Under the pieces are notes generated by a model that saw only the letters and a program-made list of their open reading frames with translations, searched no databases and was not told the origin of the DNA. From Deltaproteobacteria bacterium (GTDB lineage: Bacteria; SAR324; NAC60-12): 34,110 nt of DNA. The position numbers and the translations under genes are program-made. This document shows, one piece after another, positions 25,504-34,110 of this stretch; position 1 is the stretch's first letter, and each line of letters begins with the position of its first letter. Location of the stretch: assembly GCA_038150265.1 (NCBI GenBank), contig JAYOTF010000037.1:1-34110 (forward strand), in the 5' to 3' direction.

Positions 25504-26347
25504 GAGTGATTGGGTCACCTACCATTGCTTCCTGGCCGTGGCCGATACCGGAAGCTTCACCCGGGCAGCCGAGCAGGTGGGGCGGACGCAGTCAGCGGTC
25601 AGTCAACAGATCTCGAAGCTGGAACAACTGCTGGGGAAGCCGTTGCTGGTGCGGGGCAAGACGCTGTCGCTGACGCCGGAGGGCGAGGTGTTTTTGGGGT
25701 ACGCGCGGCAGATCTTTCTGCTGCACCGAGAGGCGATGGACCGGTTCAAGGAGCCGGATCTGGAAGGCGAGGTTCGGTTTGGGCTTCCGGAGGATTTTGC
25801 CAGTGTCTTCCTGTCGGAGGTGCTGGTGGACTTTGCCCGGAGTCACCCAAGGGTGCTGCTCAACATTGAGTGCGACCTGACGGTGAACCTCTTCCAGCGT
25901 TTTCAGAACCGGGAGTTTGATCTGGTGTTGGTGAAGATGAACCGTCCGGAGGACTTTCCGAATGGGCTGGAGGTGTGGTCGGAGCCGTTGGAGTGGGTGG
26001 GGCGTCCGGAGGTGCTGGAGTCCAATGAGTTGGTGCCATTGGTGCTGGCGCCGCAGCCGTGTGTGTACCGGGCGCGGGCGCTGAGTGCGCTGGAGTCAGC
26101 CGGAAAGAAGTGGCGGCTGGCGTTTTCGAGTCCGAGCTACGCTGGCACCTGTGCCGCGGTTCGGGCAGGAATGGGGCTGACGGTGTTGCCTCGGACGATG
26201 ATTCCGGAGACGCTGGCCCCCCTCCGGGGCGCATCGCTGCCGGTGCTGCACGACACACACGTCTCGTTGCTCAAGCACCGGAACGACACGCCCGCGATCA
26301 ACTCGTTTGAGGAGTTTGTGCTGAAGAAGCTGCGGGCGTCACGCTGA
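25502..26347 (+). CDS. LysR family transcriptional regulator, divergent from dabBA
   Basis: FLAVADTGSFTRAAEQVGRTQSAVSQQISKLE HTH plus a substrate-binding domain. Confidence 0.95.
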   Translation: MSDWVTYHCFLAVADTGSFTRAAEQVGRTQSAVSQQISKLEQLLGKPLLVRGKTLSLTPEGEVFLGYARQIFLLHREAMDRFKEPDLEGEVRFGLPEDFASVFLSEVLVDFARSHPRVLLNIECDLTVNLFQRFQNREFDLVLVKMNRPEDFPNGLEVWSEPLEWVGRPEVLESNELVPLVLAPQPCVYRARALSALESAGKKWRLAFSSPSYAGTCAAVRAGMGLTVLPRTMIPETLAPLRGASLPVLHDTHVSLLKHRNDTPAINSFEEFVLKKLRASR

Positions 26348-26376
26348 GGCCTCGCAGCCAGCAAGGCCCTGTTGAA

Positions 26377-27357
26377 TCAGCGGTGCCCCACCACGGGATG
26401 GGGGGCGTAGACGTCTTCCAGTGAGGCCACCTCCTCCGGAGTCAACTCCACAGAGAGGGCCGCAACCGCGTCTTCGAGGTGGTGGGGCCGGGTGGCGCCA
26501 ATGATGGGGGAGGTGACCATCGACTTGGAAAGCACCCACGCCAGGGCAATCTGGGCGCGGGGGAGGCCTCGGGAAGTCGCCAGGGCGGCCACCCGTTCAG
26601 CGACCTGCCGGTCAGAAGCCTCTGTTTTGTCATAAAGCAGCCGGCCGTAGTCGTCGGTTTCCTGACGAGACGACGACGCCTCCCAGTCTCGGGTCAGGCG
26701 ACCTCGGGCCAGGGGGCTCCAGGGCAGAACCGCCACACCTTCGGCTTCGCAGAGGGGAAGCATCTCCCGCTCCTCCTCGCGGTACATCAGGTTCAGGTGA
26801 TTCTGCATGGACACAAAGCGGGTCCAGCCGTTGGCGTCTGCCAGGTAGAGGGCCTTGGTAAACTGCCAGGCCCACATGGAGGAGGCGCCGATGTAGCGGG
26901 CCTTTCCCGCCTTGACCACGTCGTGCAGGGCCTCCAGCGTTTCCTCAATCGGCGTTTCCGGATCCCAGCGGTGGATCTGGTAAAGGTCCACGTAGTCGGT
27001 CCCCAGGCGTTTGAGGCTGGCGTCAATCTCCTGAAAGATCGCTTTGCGAGACAGCCCTCCGCCGTTGGGGTCCGGGCTCATCTGACCATGCACCTTGGTG
27101 GCAATCACCAGGTTCTCGCGAGCAGTCAGGCCCAGCAGGACCTTCCCGACAATTTCCTCACTGGACCCCAGCGAGTAAACGTTGGCGGTGTCAAAGAAGT
27201 TGATCCCGCACTTCAGGGCCTGCCGCAGAAGGGGACGGGCCTGGTCCTCATTGAGGGTCCAGGGGTGCGAACCCTGCTCCGGCTTGCCAAACGACATGCA
27301 TCCCAGACACAGGCGGGAGACCTTGAGGCCGGTGTGGCCGAGGCGGACGTACTCCAT
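26377..27357 (-). CDS. Aldo/keto reductase (YajO-like)
   Basis: GLKVSRLCLGCMSFG, FFDTANVYS, SLKRLGTDYVDLYQIHRWD, PWSPLARG. Confidence 0.95.
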   Translation of the reverse strand: MEYVRLGHTGLKVSRLCLGCMSFGKPEQGSHPWTLNEDQARPLLRQALKCGINFFDTANVYSLGSSEEIVGKVLLGLTARENLVIATKVHGQMSPDPNGGGLSRKAIFQEIDASLKRLGTDYVDLYQIHRWDPETPIEETLEALHDVVKAGKARYIGASSMWAWQFTKALYLADANGWTRFVSMQNHLNLMYREEEREMLPLCEAEGVAVLPWSPLARGRLTRDWEASSSRQETDDYGRLLYDKTEASDRQVAERVAALATSRGLPRAQIALAWVLSKSMVTSPIIGATRPHHLEDAVAALSVELTPEEVASLEDVYAPHPVVGHR

Positions 27358-27360
27358 GAA

Positions 27361-28896
27361 TCAGGTTGAGGGAGAGGGTGAATCAGAGCGGACCCCTGCC
27401 ATGAGGAGCCCCAGTTGTTGACGCGACGCATGGGCCTGAGGCACCTCGCCAATGATGGCTCCGCGGTACATCACCAGAATGCGGTCCGCAAGGGCCAGGA
27501 TTTCATCCAGCTCGGTGCTGACGAGGAGGATGCCAACGCCTTCATCGCGTTTGGCGACGAGCTGTTGGTGGATGAACTCGATGGACCCCACGTCCACGCC
27601 CCGGGTGGGCTGAGCGGCAACAAGGAACTTCAGCGGACGACTGAACTCTCGGGCAATGACGAGCTTCTGCTGGTTGCCTCCAGAGAGGCTCCCACCGGGA
27701 ACCTGCACCGAGGGCGTCCGGACGTCGTACTGCCGGATGAGCTGCTCGGCATGGGCCTCAATCGCGTCCTGCTGAAGGGTTCCGCCTCGGACAAACGGTG
27801 GCTTGCGGTACCCGCTGAGGGCCAGGTTTTCGGCCACGGAGTAGCTGGAAACCATGCCATAGGCGTGTCGGTCTTCCGGAACATGCCCACACTGGCCCTG
27901 CTCGCTGATCTCCCGGGGAGACGCGTGGGTCAGGTCCTGCCCGCTCAGGTGCAGGGATCCTGCTGTGGAGTCCCGCAGGCCCGTGAGGACTTCCACCAAC
28001 TCGGTCTGTCCGTTTCCCTGCACCCCGGCCACCCCGACGATCTCGCCGGCCCGGACCTCAAAGCTGACGGCATTCAGGCAGCGTTCCCCGAGGTCGTTGT
28101 CGGCCTGCAGGCCCTGCACCGCCAGCACCACGTCCTGGGGCTGGGCCTCCTGCTTTTCCACCTGCAGCAGCACCTCTCGTCCAACCATCAGGTTGGCGAG
28201 GTGCCCCTCGGTGGCCCCATGCGGATCGGCGGTGCCCACAACGGTGCCACGCCGAAGAACCGCAATGCGGTCGGCAATGCGGAGGACTTCCTTGAGCTTG
28301 TGGGTGATGAAGATGATGGACTTGCCTTGCTTCCGGAGGAGGTCCATGACGGCAAACAGCCCCTCCACCTCCTGAGGGGTGAGGACGGCGGTGGGCTCAT
28401 CGAGGATGAGGATATCGGCCTGACGGTAGAGGGCCTTGATGATCTCAACACGCTGCCGGATGCCCACCGGGAGGTCTTCCACGAGGGCCTGCGGGTCCAC
28501 CTCCAGCTGGTACTCCCGAGACAGCGTGACGATCTGTTCTGCCACCTGCGTCCGGTGCAGCAGCCCCTGCTTCACGACCTCGCTGCCCAGCATGACGTTT
28601 TCCACAACAGACATCACGGGAACCAGCTGAAAGTGCTGGTGGACCATGCCGATGCCCAAACGGATCGCATCGCGTGGAGACCGGATCGGGGCCGCTTGCC
28701 CCCGGATCCGGATGGTGCCGGAGGTGGGCTGATAGAGGCCGTACACGATGTTCATGAGGGTGGACTTGCCCGCCCCGTTTTCTCCCAGGAGGGCCAGGAT
28801 CTCACCCGGCTTCAGCTCCAGGGAGACCTCGTGATTGGCCACCACGCTCCCGAAGTGCTTGCTGATGTTCTGAATCTCCAGCACCGGCGTGGTCAT
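27361..28896 (-). CDS. Nucleoside/sugar (CUT2) ABC transporter ATP-binding protein, two ABC domains
   Basis: GENGAGKST, GMVHQHF, LILDEPT, LSGGNQQK, AAQPTRGVDVG. Confidence 0.95.
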   Translation of the reverse strand: MTTPVLEIQNISKHFGSVVANHEVSLELKPGEILALLGENGAGKSTLMNIVYGLYQPTSGTIRIRGQAAPIRSPRDAIRLGIGMVHQHFQLVPVMSVVENVMLGSEVVKQGLLHRTQVAEQIVTLSREYQLEVDPQALVEDLPVGIRQRVEIIKALYRQADILILDEPTAVLTPQEVEGLFAVMDLLRKQGKSIIFITHKLKEVLRIADRIAVLRRGTVVGTADPHGATEGHLANLMVGREVLLQVEKQEAQPQDVVLAVQGLQADNDLGERCLNAVSFEVRAGEIVGVAGVQGNGQTELVEVLTGLRDSTAGSLHLSGQDLTHASPREISEQGQCGHVPEDRHAYGMVSSYSVAENLALSGYRKPPFVRGGTLQQDAIEAHAEQLIRQYDVRTPSVQVPGGSLSGGNQQKLVIAREFSRPLKFLVAAQPTRGVDVGSIEFIHQQLVAKRDEGVGILLVSTELDEILALADRILVMYRGAIIGEVPQAHASRQQLGLLMAGVRSDSPSPST

Positions 28897-29942
28897 TCCT
28901 TCCCACCTTCTGTTTCATAGGGTTGCCCAATGGCAGCCGGCGGGCGGACCCGTCCGACAAATCCGGTCACCGCGATGATGGTAATGACGTACGGGAGCAT
29001 GGAGATGAACTGCCGGGGGACGTTGGTGACACCGGCAAGGAGCAGCTCGTTTTGCAGCGCCTGCGTGTACCCGAAGAGGGTGGCTGCGCCAAGGGCGCCA
29101 AACGGTGTCCAGTTGCCGAAGATCATGGCCGCAAGGGAGATGAAGCCCCGCCCAGCGGTCATGCCCTCCTGAAATTGCCCAACGGCTTCAAGGACGAGGT
29201 AGGCCCCTGCGAGCCCGGCGAGAGCGCCGCCGAGGGTGGTGTTGACGTAACGGAGGCGGTTGACGTTGATGCCTTCGGTGTCAGCAGCCCGGGGGTGCTC
29301 GCCAACGGCCCGGGTGCGCAGGCCCCAGCGCGTGTGGAACAGCGCCACGTGGACGACTCCCACCAGCAGCAGCGCCAGGTAGGTCAGTAACGGTTTGTCA
29401 AACAGCACCGGCCCAATCACCGGAAGGTCGGCCAGTCCCGGAATCGGGAGCGGGGCAAATTTCCCCTCGGCAATGGCATCCCGGTCATAGAGGTAGGCGG
29501 AGAGCCCGGCAGCAAGGATGATGATGACGGTTCCGGAGATGATCTGATCCATCCGGAAGCGAATGGACAGCAGCGCGTGGAGGTAGCCCATGAGGCCTCC
29601 GACGCCCATGGCAACCAGCACACTGAAGAACAGGCTGGCAAACAGGGGCCAGTCGTTGGTGCTGGTCTTGGCCACAAAGCCGGCAAAGGCGCCCGCGAGC
29701 ATCATGCCTTCAATGCCAATGTTGATGATGCCGGACCGTTCGCAGAGGATGCCGCTCAGGGCGCCCAGCAGCAGCGGAATGGCGGCCCGGAGCGTAAAGT
29801 TGAGCGCGCTGATGCCAAAGAGGATCCGGAGCCACGGATTTTCTCCAAGTGGGGTCAGCTCCACCAAAATGGCCATCACCAGCATGAGGAGCACGAGGAC
29901 GATTGCGGCGCCAGCAGTGCGCTTCCACCAGGATGGTCGCAT
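28893..29942 (-). CDS. Nucleoside ABC transporter permease II
   Basis: ERSGIINIGIEGMML, GLRTRAVGEHPRAADTEGI, AGRGFISLAAMIFGNW, LPYVIT. Confidence 0.93.
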   Translation of the reverse strand: MRPSWWKRTAGAAIVLVLLMLVMAILVELTPLGENPWLRILFGISALNFTLRAAIPLLLGALSGILCERSGIINIGIEGMMLAGAFAGFVAKTSTNDWPLFASLFFSVLVAMGVGGLMGYLHALLSIRFRMDQIISGTVIIILAAGLSAYLYDRDAIAEGKFAPLPIPGLADLPVIGPVLFDKPLLTYLALLLVGVVHVALFHTRWGLRTRAVGEHPRAADTEGINVNRLRYVNTTLGGALAGLAGAYLVLEAVGQFQEGMTAGRGFISLAAMIFGNWTPFGALGAATLFGYTQALQNELLLAGVTNVPRQFISMLPYVITIIAVTGFVGRVRPPAAIGQPYETEGGKE

Positions 29943-31066
29943 CAGGAGCCTCCCCAGCGGGTGTTGAGGGAGGTGGTGCGGGGCTCCTCTTCGGAGCGCT
30001 TGAGTCGCAGCAGGGTGCGCATGATCAGCGGAGCAGCCACAAAGGCCAGGACAAGGGCCTGAATGACCTGAATGATGTCGGCCGAGACCCCGGAGTTGAA
30101 CTGCATCTTGGCGGCTCCGGCGTCCAGGGCGCCAAAGAGGAAGGACGCGAGGACGACTCCAAGGGGGTGCGTCTGGCCGAGCAGCGCGACGGTGATGCCG
30201 TCAAACCCGACCTGCCCGCCGAATTCGGGGGCAAACTTGTGATTGAGCCCAAGGGTTTCAATGGCGCCGGCGAGTCCGGCGAGTCCTCCGGCCAGGGCCA
30301 TGGTGAGGACGATGGTGCGTTCCACGCGGATGCCTGCATAGCGGGCAGCCTTGGGGTTCTGGCCCGCGGTTCGGATCTCAAAGCCCAGGGGGGTCTTTTG
30401 CAGAATCCACCAGATCACGGCCACCACGATCAGCGCCAGGAAGACGCCATAGTGAACACGGTACGGGGGGCCAAACAGCCACGGAAGCTGAGCAGAGGGC
30501 AGGACGTCTGGAGTCTCGGAGATGGCCCGAGCGGTGGGGTCCCAGAGCGGCCCCGGCGTTTGCCCCTGTGAGCCACCGGCATAGACGGTCCACCCCGCAA
30601 AGAGCGAGGCGATGTAGTTGAGCATGATGGTGACAATGACCTCATGGGCGCCGGTGGTGACCTTGAGGAGGCCCGGAAGGGCGCCCCAGAGGAGGCCACC
30701 GAGCATGCCGGCGAGCAGCGCCAGCGGCAGGTGCACCGCCAGGGGCAGGCCCTCGAAGTGAATGCCGACGGCGACCGAGAAGACCGACCCCATGACAAAC
30801 TGCCCTGCGGCCCCAATGTTGAAGAGCCCCGCCTTGAAGGCCACGGCGACCGAGAGCCCGGTGAGGATGAAGGGGATCATTTTGCGGACGGTGGTGCTCC
30901 AGGCACGTCCGGAGCCGAACGCGCCCTGGAACAGCCCCTGGTAGGCCAGCCACGGGTCATCGCCCGCCAGCCACATCACCACGGCTCCTGCCAGCAGGGC
31001 CATGAGCAGCGCCAGGGCGGGGAGGAGCAGGGCTCGGAAGAAGGACAAGAGGGGCGTGGCGGTCAT
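29942..31066 (-). CDS. Nucleoside ABC transporter permease I
   Basis: AGLFNIGAAGQ, AHEVIVTIMLNY, GFEIRTAGQNPKAARYAGI, GFDGITVALLG. Start placed at ATG 31066. Confidence 0.93.
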   Translation of the reverse strand: MTATPLLSFFRALLLPALALLMALLAGAVVMWLAGDDPWLAYQGLFQGAFGSGRAWSTTVRKMIPFILTGLSVAVAFKAGLFNIGAAGQFVMGSVFSVAVGIHFEGLPLAVHLPLALLAGMLGGLLWGALPGLLKVTTGAHEVIVTIMLNYIASLFAGWTVYAGGSQGQTPGPLWDPTARAISETPDVLPSAQLPWLFGPPYRVHYGVFLALIVVAVIWWILQKTPLGFEIRTAGQNPKAARYAGIRVERTIVLTMALAGGLAGLAGAIETLGLNHKFAPEFGGQVGFDGITVALLGQTHPLGVVLASFLFGALDAGAAKMQFNSGVSADIIQVIQALVLAFVAAPLIMRTLLRLKRSEEEPRTTSLNTRWGGS

Positions 31067-31130
31067 GAGTGAACCAGAGGCGGAGCCGGTGCAGCAGCGA
31101 CTCCGCCAGGAGTCCGGAGGAGAACGGCGA

Positions 31131-32141
<1,011 letters not shown>

Positions 32142-32244
32142 GCAGGGCTTCTGGAATGAGGTTGACCGGACGGGAGGAGCGCCGTCGGCCCTGCTGCTTT
32201 CAGCAGGACAGGAGCGGGCTCCGGGGTCCAAAAGAAAGGAAATC

Positions 32245-32273
32245 GTTATGCGGGAAAGCGGGGGAGAGGTCAA
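32245..32273 (-). promoter_or_regulatory. Possible internal sigma70 promoter for the ABC operon
   Basis: Minus strand TTGACC-17 bp-CATAAC. Confidence 0.35.
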
Positions 32274-32310
32274 GTCTTTCGACACCGCCCCGCCTCCGAG
32301 AAGCGGTGGG

Positions 32311-33558
32311 CTAGGCCTCCCACCCGTCCCGATACGCCACCTGATCTGGCGTCAGGGTGTCAATCCGGATCCGGGATCCGGCCAGCTTGAGTTCGGCCAC
32401 ACGCTGGTCAATCGCTTCCGGCACCAGGTGAGCGTCCGGAGGCAGCGACGCCCCGTGTTCTGCCAGGTGCCGGACGCTGAGGGCCTGAAGGGCAAAGCTG
32501 GTGTCCATGATTTCGGCCGGGTGGCCATCGGCACAGGAAATGTTGACGATGTTCCCGCCTCCGAGGAGGTGCAGCCAGCGTCCGTCCGGCATCCGGAAGC
32601 CCTCGACGTGTGTCCGCAGGGGACGGCACTCGACCGCCTCACTCCGGAGGTGCGTGACATCAATTTCGTCCCAAAAGTGCCCGGCGTTGGCCAGGAGGGT
32701 GTTGTCCCTGAGGGCAGCCAGGTGTTCCGGACGGAGCGTGTGACGGATTCCGGTGACGGTGAGGACCAGGTCGGCTTGGGGGCAGGCTTCCAGCAGGGGC
32801 ATGACCTGGCAGCCGTTCATCAGGGCATCGGCGGCCTTGACCGGGTCGACCTCGCAGACGATGACCCGTGCTCCCAGTCCCTGGGCCCGGGTGGCCACGC
32901 CCTTTCCGCACCATCCGTAACCGATGACGACCACCGTCTTGCCGGCAACCACAAGGTTGGTGGCGCGCATGACGCCGTCCCAAACGGACTGACCGGTGCC
33001 GTGGACGTTGTCAAAGAGGTACTTGCAGCGGGCCTCATTGATGAGCAGCACCGGAAAGGCCAACTGCCCCGCCCGGGCGCGGGCCCGCGCGCGCATGACC
33101 CCGGACGTGGTTTCCTCGCAGGCGCCGATCACGTCCGGCAGCAACTCGGGACGCTCGTGCAGCAGCTCCACCAGGTCGCCTCCGTCGTCAATGACCAGGT
33201 GGGGCGACAGGTCGAGGGCCAGGCCCATGTAGCGGCGCATCTCCTCGGGAGTCGCGCCATGACGAGCATAGAGGTGCAGGCCTTCTTCGGCCAGTGCCGC
33301 CACCACGTCATCCTTGGTCGATTCCGGGTTGCTTCCGGTGACGGCCACTTCGGCGCCTCCGGCCCGAAGCACCAACGCCAGGTATGCGGTTTTGGCTTCC
33401 AGGTGCACACTGACGACGACCCGCTTTCCGGCCAGGGGCTGCTGCGCCCGGAACTCCTCCTCCAGCTGTCGCAGGATGGGCATGTTCCGCCGGACCCAGT
33501 CGATGCGTTGCGTTCCCTCGGCTGCCCATTCGGGGTGGGCCACCACATTTGGCTGCAT
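32311..33558 (-). CDS. ahcY: Adenosyl/inosyl-homocysteine hydrolase, short archaeal/Thermotoga-type
   Basis: HLEAKTA, GSNPESTKDD, IDDGGD, EETTSG, KYLFDNVHGTGQS, GYGWCGKG, NAGHF, GHPAEIMDTSFALQ. Confidence 0.95.
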   Translation of the reverse strand: MQPNVVAHPEWAAEGTQRIDWVRRNMPILRQLEEEFRAQQPLAGKRVVVSVHLEAKTAYLALVLRAGGAEVAVTGSNPESTKDDVVAALAEEGLHLYARHGATPEEMRRYMGLALDLSPHLVIDDGGDLVELLHERPELLPDVIGACEETTSGVMRARARARAGQLAFPVLLINEARCKYLFDNVHGTGQSVWDGVMRATNLVVAGKTVVVIGYGWCGKGVATRAQGLGARVIVCEVDPVKAADALMNGCQVMPLLEACPQADLVLTVTGIRHTLRPEHLAALRDNTLLANAGHFWDEIDVTHLRSEAVECRPLRTHVEGFRMPDGRWLHLLGGGNIVNISCADGHPAEIMDTSFALQALSVRHLAEHGASLPPDAHLVPEAIDQRVAELKLAGSRIRIDTLTPDQVAYRDGWEA

Positions 33559-33665
33559 GCTGCTTTCTCCCCACTGAAAAGGTTCCAGGCCCGTTGAATC
33601 CTGTAGGCCTGTGGTTTCACTTCAAACCGGCACCTTTACACAGAATGAGGTGAATGTCAGGACTT

Positions 33666-33965
33666 TGTCTGAGGGGGCTGGAGCCGTCGCCTGAAGGGAA
33701 GCAACGGGTTCACCTTGAAGAAACAGTTGAGAATCGGTGGATCGGTTCCCTCGCTGGAGTCATGAAGGGGGCGAAAGGTCCGTTGCCCTGTCTGAGGGGG
33801 CAGGCGAGACTCCCGTCAAGGAGTCGAAGGCCATTGTTCAAGGATGTTCAAGGACTGGATCCCAGCCTGCGCTGGGATGACCACCAAGCGAGAGTCCCTA
33901 CGAACCGCTCAGCCCATTCTGCCAGCCCGTTGTTTCAGGCGATGGCCCTGTCTGAGGGGGCAGGC
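33666..33965. repeat. Short hairpin repeat GCCCTGTCTGAGGGGGCAGGC: two exact 21-bp copies plus one 13-bp partial
   Basis: Exact copies at 33785-33805 and 33945-33965. Partial TGTCTGAGGGGGC at 33666-33678. Confidence 0.8.
33690..33950. repeat. ~260 bp dispersed non-coding element, copy B (inverted relative to 20836-21079)
   Basis: The reverse complement aligns with copy A. Carries a 10-bp tandem duplication TGTTCAAGGA (33835-33854) and the REP-like TGGATCCCAGCCTGCGCTGGGATGAC. Confidence 0.88.
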
Positions 33966-34013
33966 TGGGTTGCTTCGGGGGGCTCAGGCTCGGGAGTGGT
34001 TCCAGGAAGCGTT

Positions 34014-34110
34014 GTAACTGTTCAGCAGGGGGCTCAGGCGGCGAGCTCAAGGGGGAGCTCTTTTCCGAGGAAGAGGGTTTCGAAGGCCTGGAGGATGGAG
34101 TGATTCTGTT
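34014..34110 (-). mobile_element. Probable downstream end of an IS66-family element (runs off the window)
   Basis: Terminal GTAACTGTTCAGC (34014-34026; IS66 ends begin GTAA). A minus-strand frame ends ..QNHSILQAFETLFLGKELPLELAA* (stop 34034-34036) and resembles IS66 transposase C-termini. Confidence 0.6.

Noticed and set aside
33559..33690. SAH or SAM riboswitch upstream of ahcY
   Set aside because: No recognisable aptamer consensus by eye. An Rfam cmscan would be needed to exclude it fully.
33666..33965. The 21-bp repeats as a mini CRISPR array
   Set aside because: Intervening sequences of about 105-140 bp are too long, they are homologous to another genomic repeat, and there are no cas genes.
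33654..34103. 149-aa plus-strand ORF
   Set aside because: It runs through the repeat cluster and the IS end, and the reading frame is not preserved in copy A.

Overview
GC-rich bacterial chromosomal segment. The gene set looks Deltaproteobacteria/SAR324-like, but that is a guess I cannot prove from the window. There are about 28 protein genes and no rRNA, tRNA or CRISPR array. Left to right: lutA-like Fe-S protein, His-motif membrane protein, hypothetical, fliN, FGE-fold protein, OmpL47-like repeat protein, HugZ/HutZ, an AT-rich divergent region with two perfect IHF sites, a degenerate DnaA paralog, waaF, lysS, dus, membrane protein, solitary sucD, DsbA/HCCA isomerase, apparently inactive endonuclease I, SDR, type-2 ileS, REC protein, and a NiCoT/UreH transporter. 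Next comes a ~13 kb block (GlcG/HbpS protein, dabBA inorganic-carbon pump with divergent LysR, aldo-keto reductase, nucleoside ABC transporter, ahcY). It is bracketed by two inverted, diverged copies of a ~250 bp REP-bearing non-coding element. The window ends in what looks like the tail of an IS66 element. Most notable: (1) a full-length DnaA paralog lacking the arginine finger and sensor residues, with an altered recognition helix, next to an IHF-flanked AT-rich tract; (2) the ~250 bp dispersed repeat; (3) AhcY with the HxExK signature linked to S-inosylhomocysteine preference, upstream of a nucleoside importer; (4) a secreted pseudo-nuclease; (5) a LysR-controlled DAB pump. All alignments were done by eye from remembered family motifs and no searches were run.
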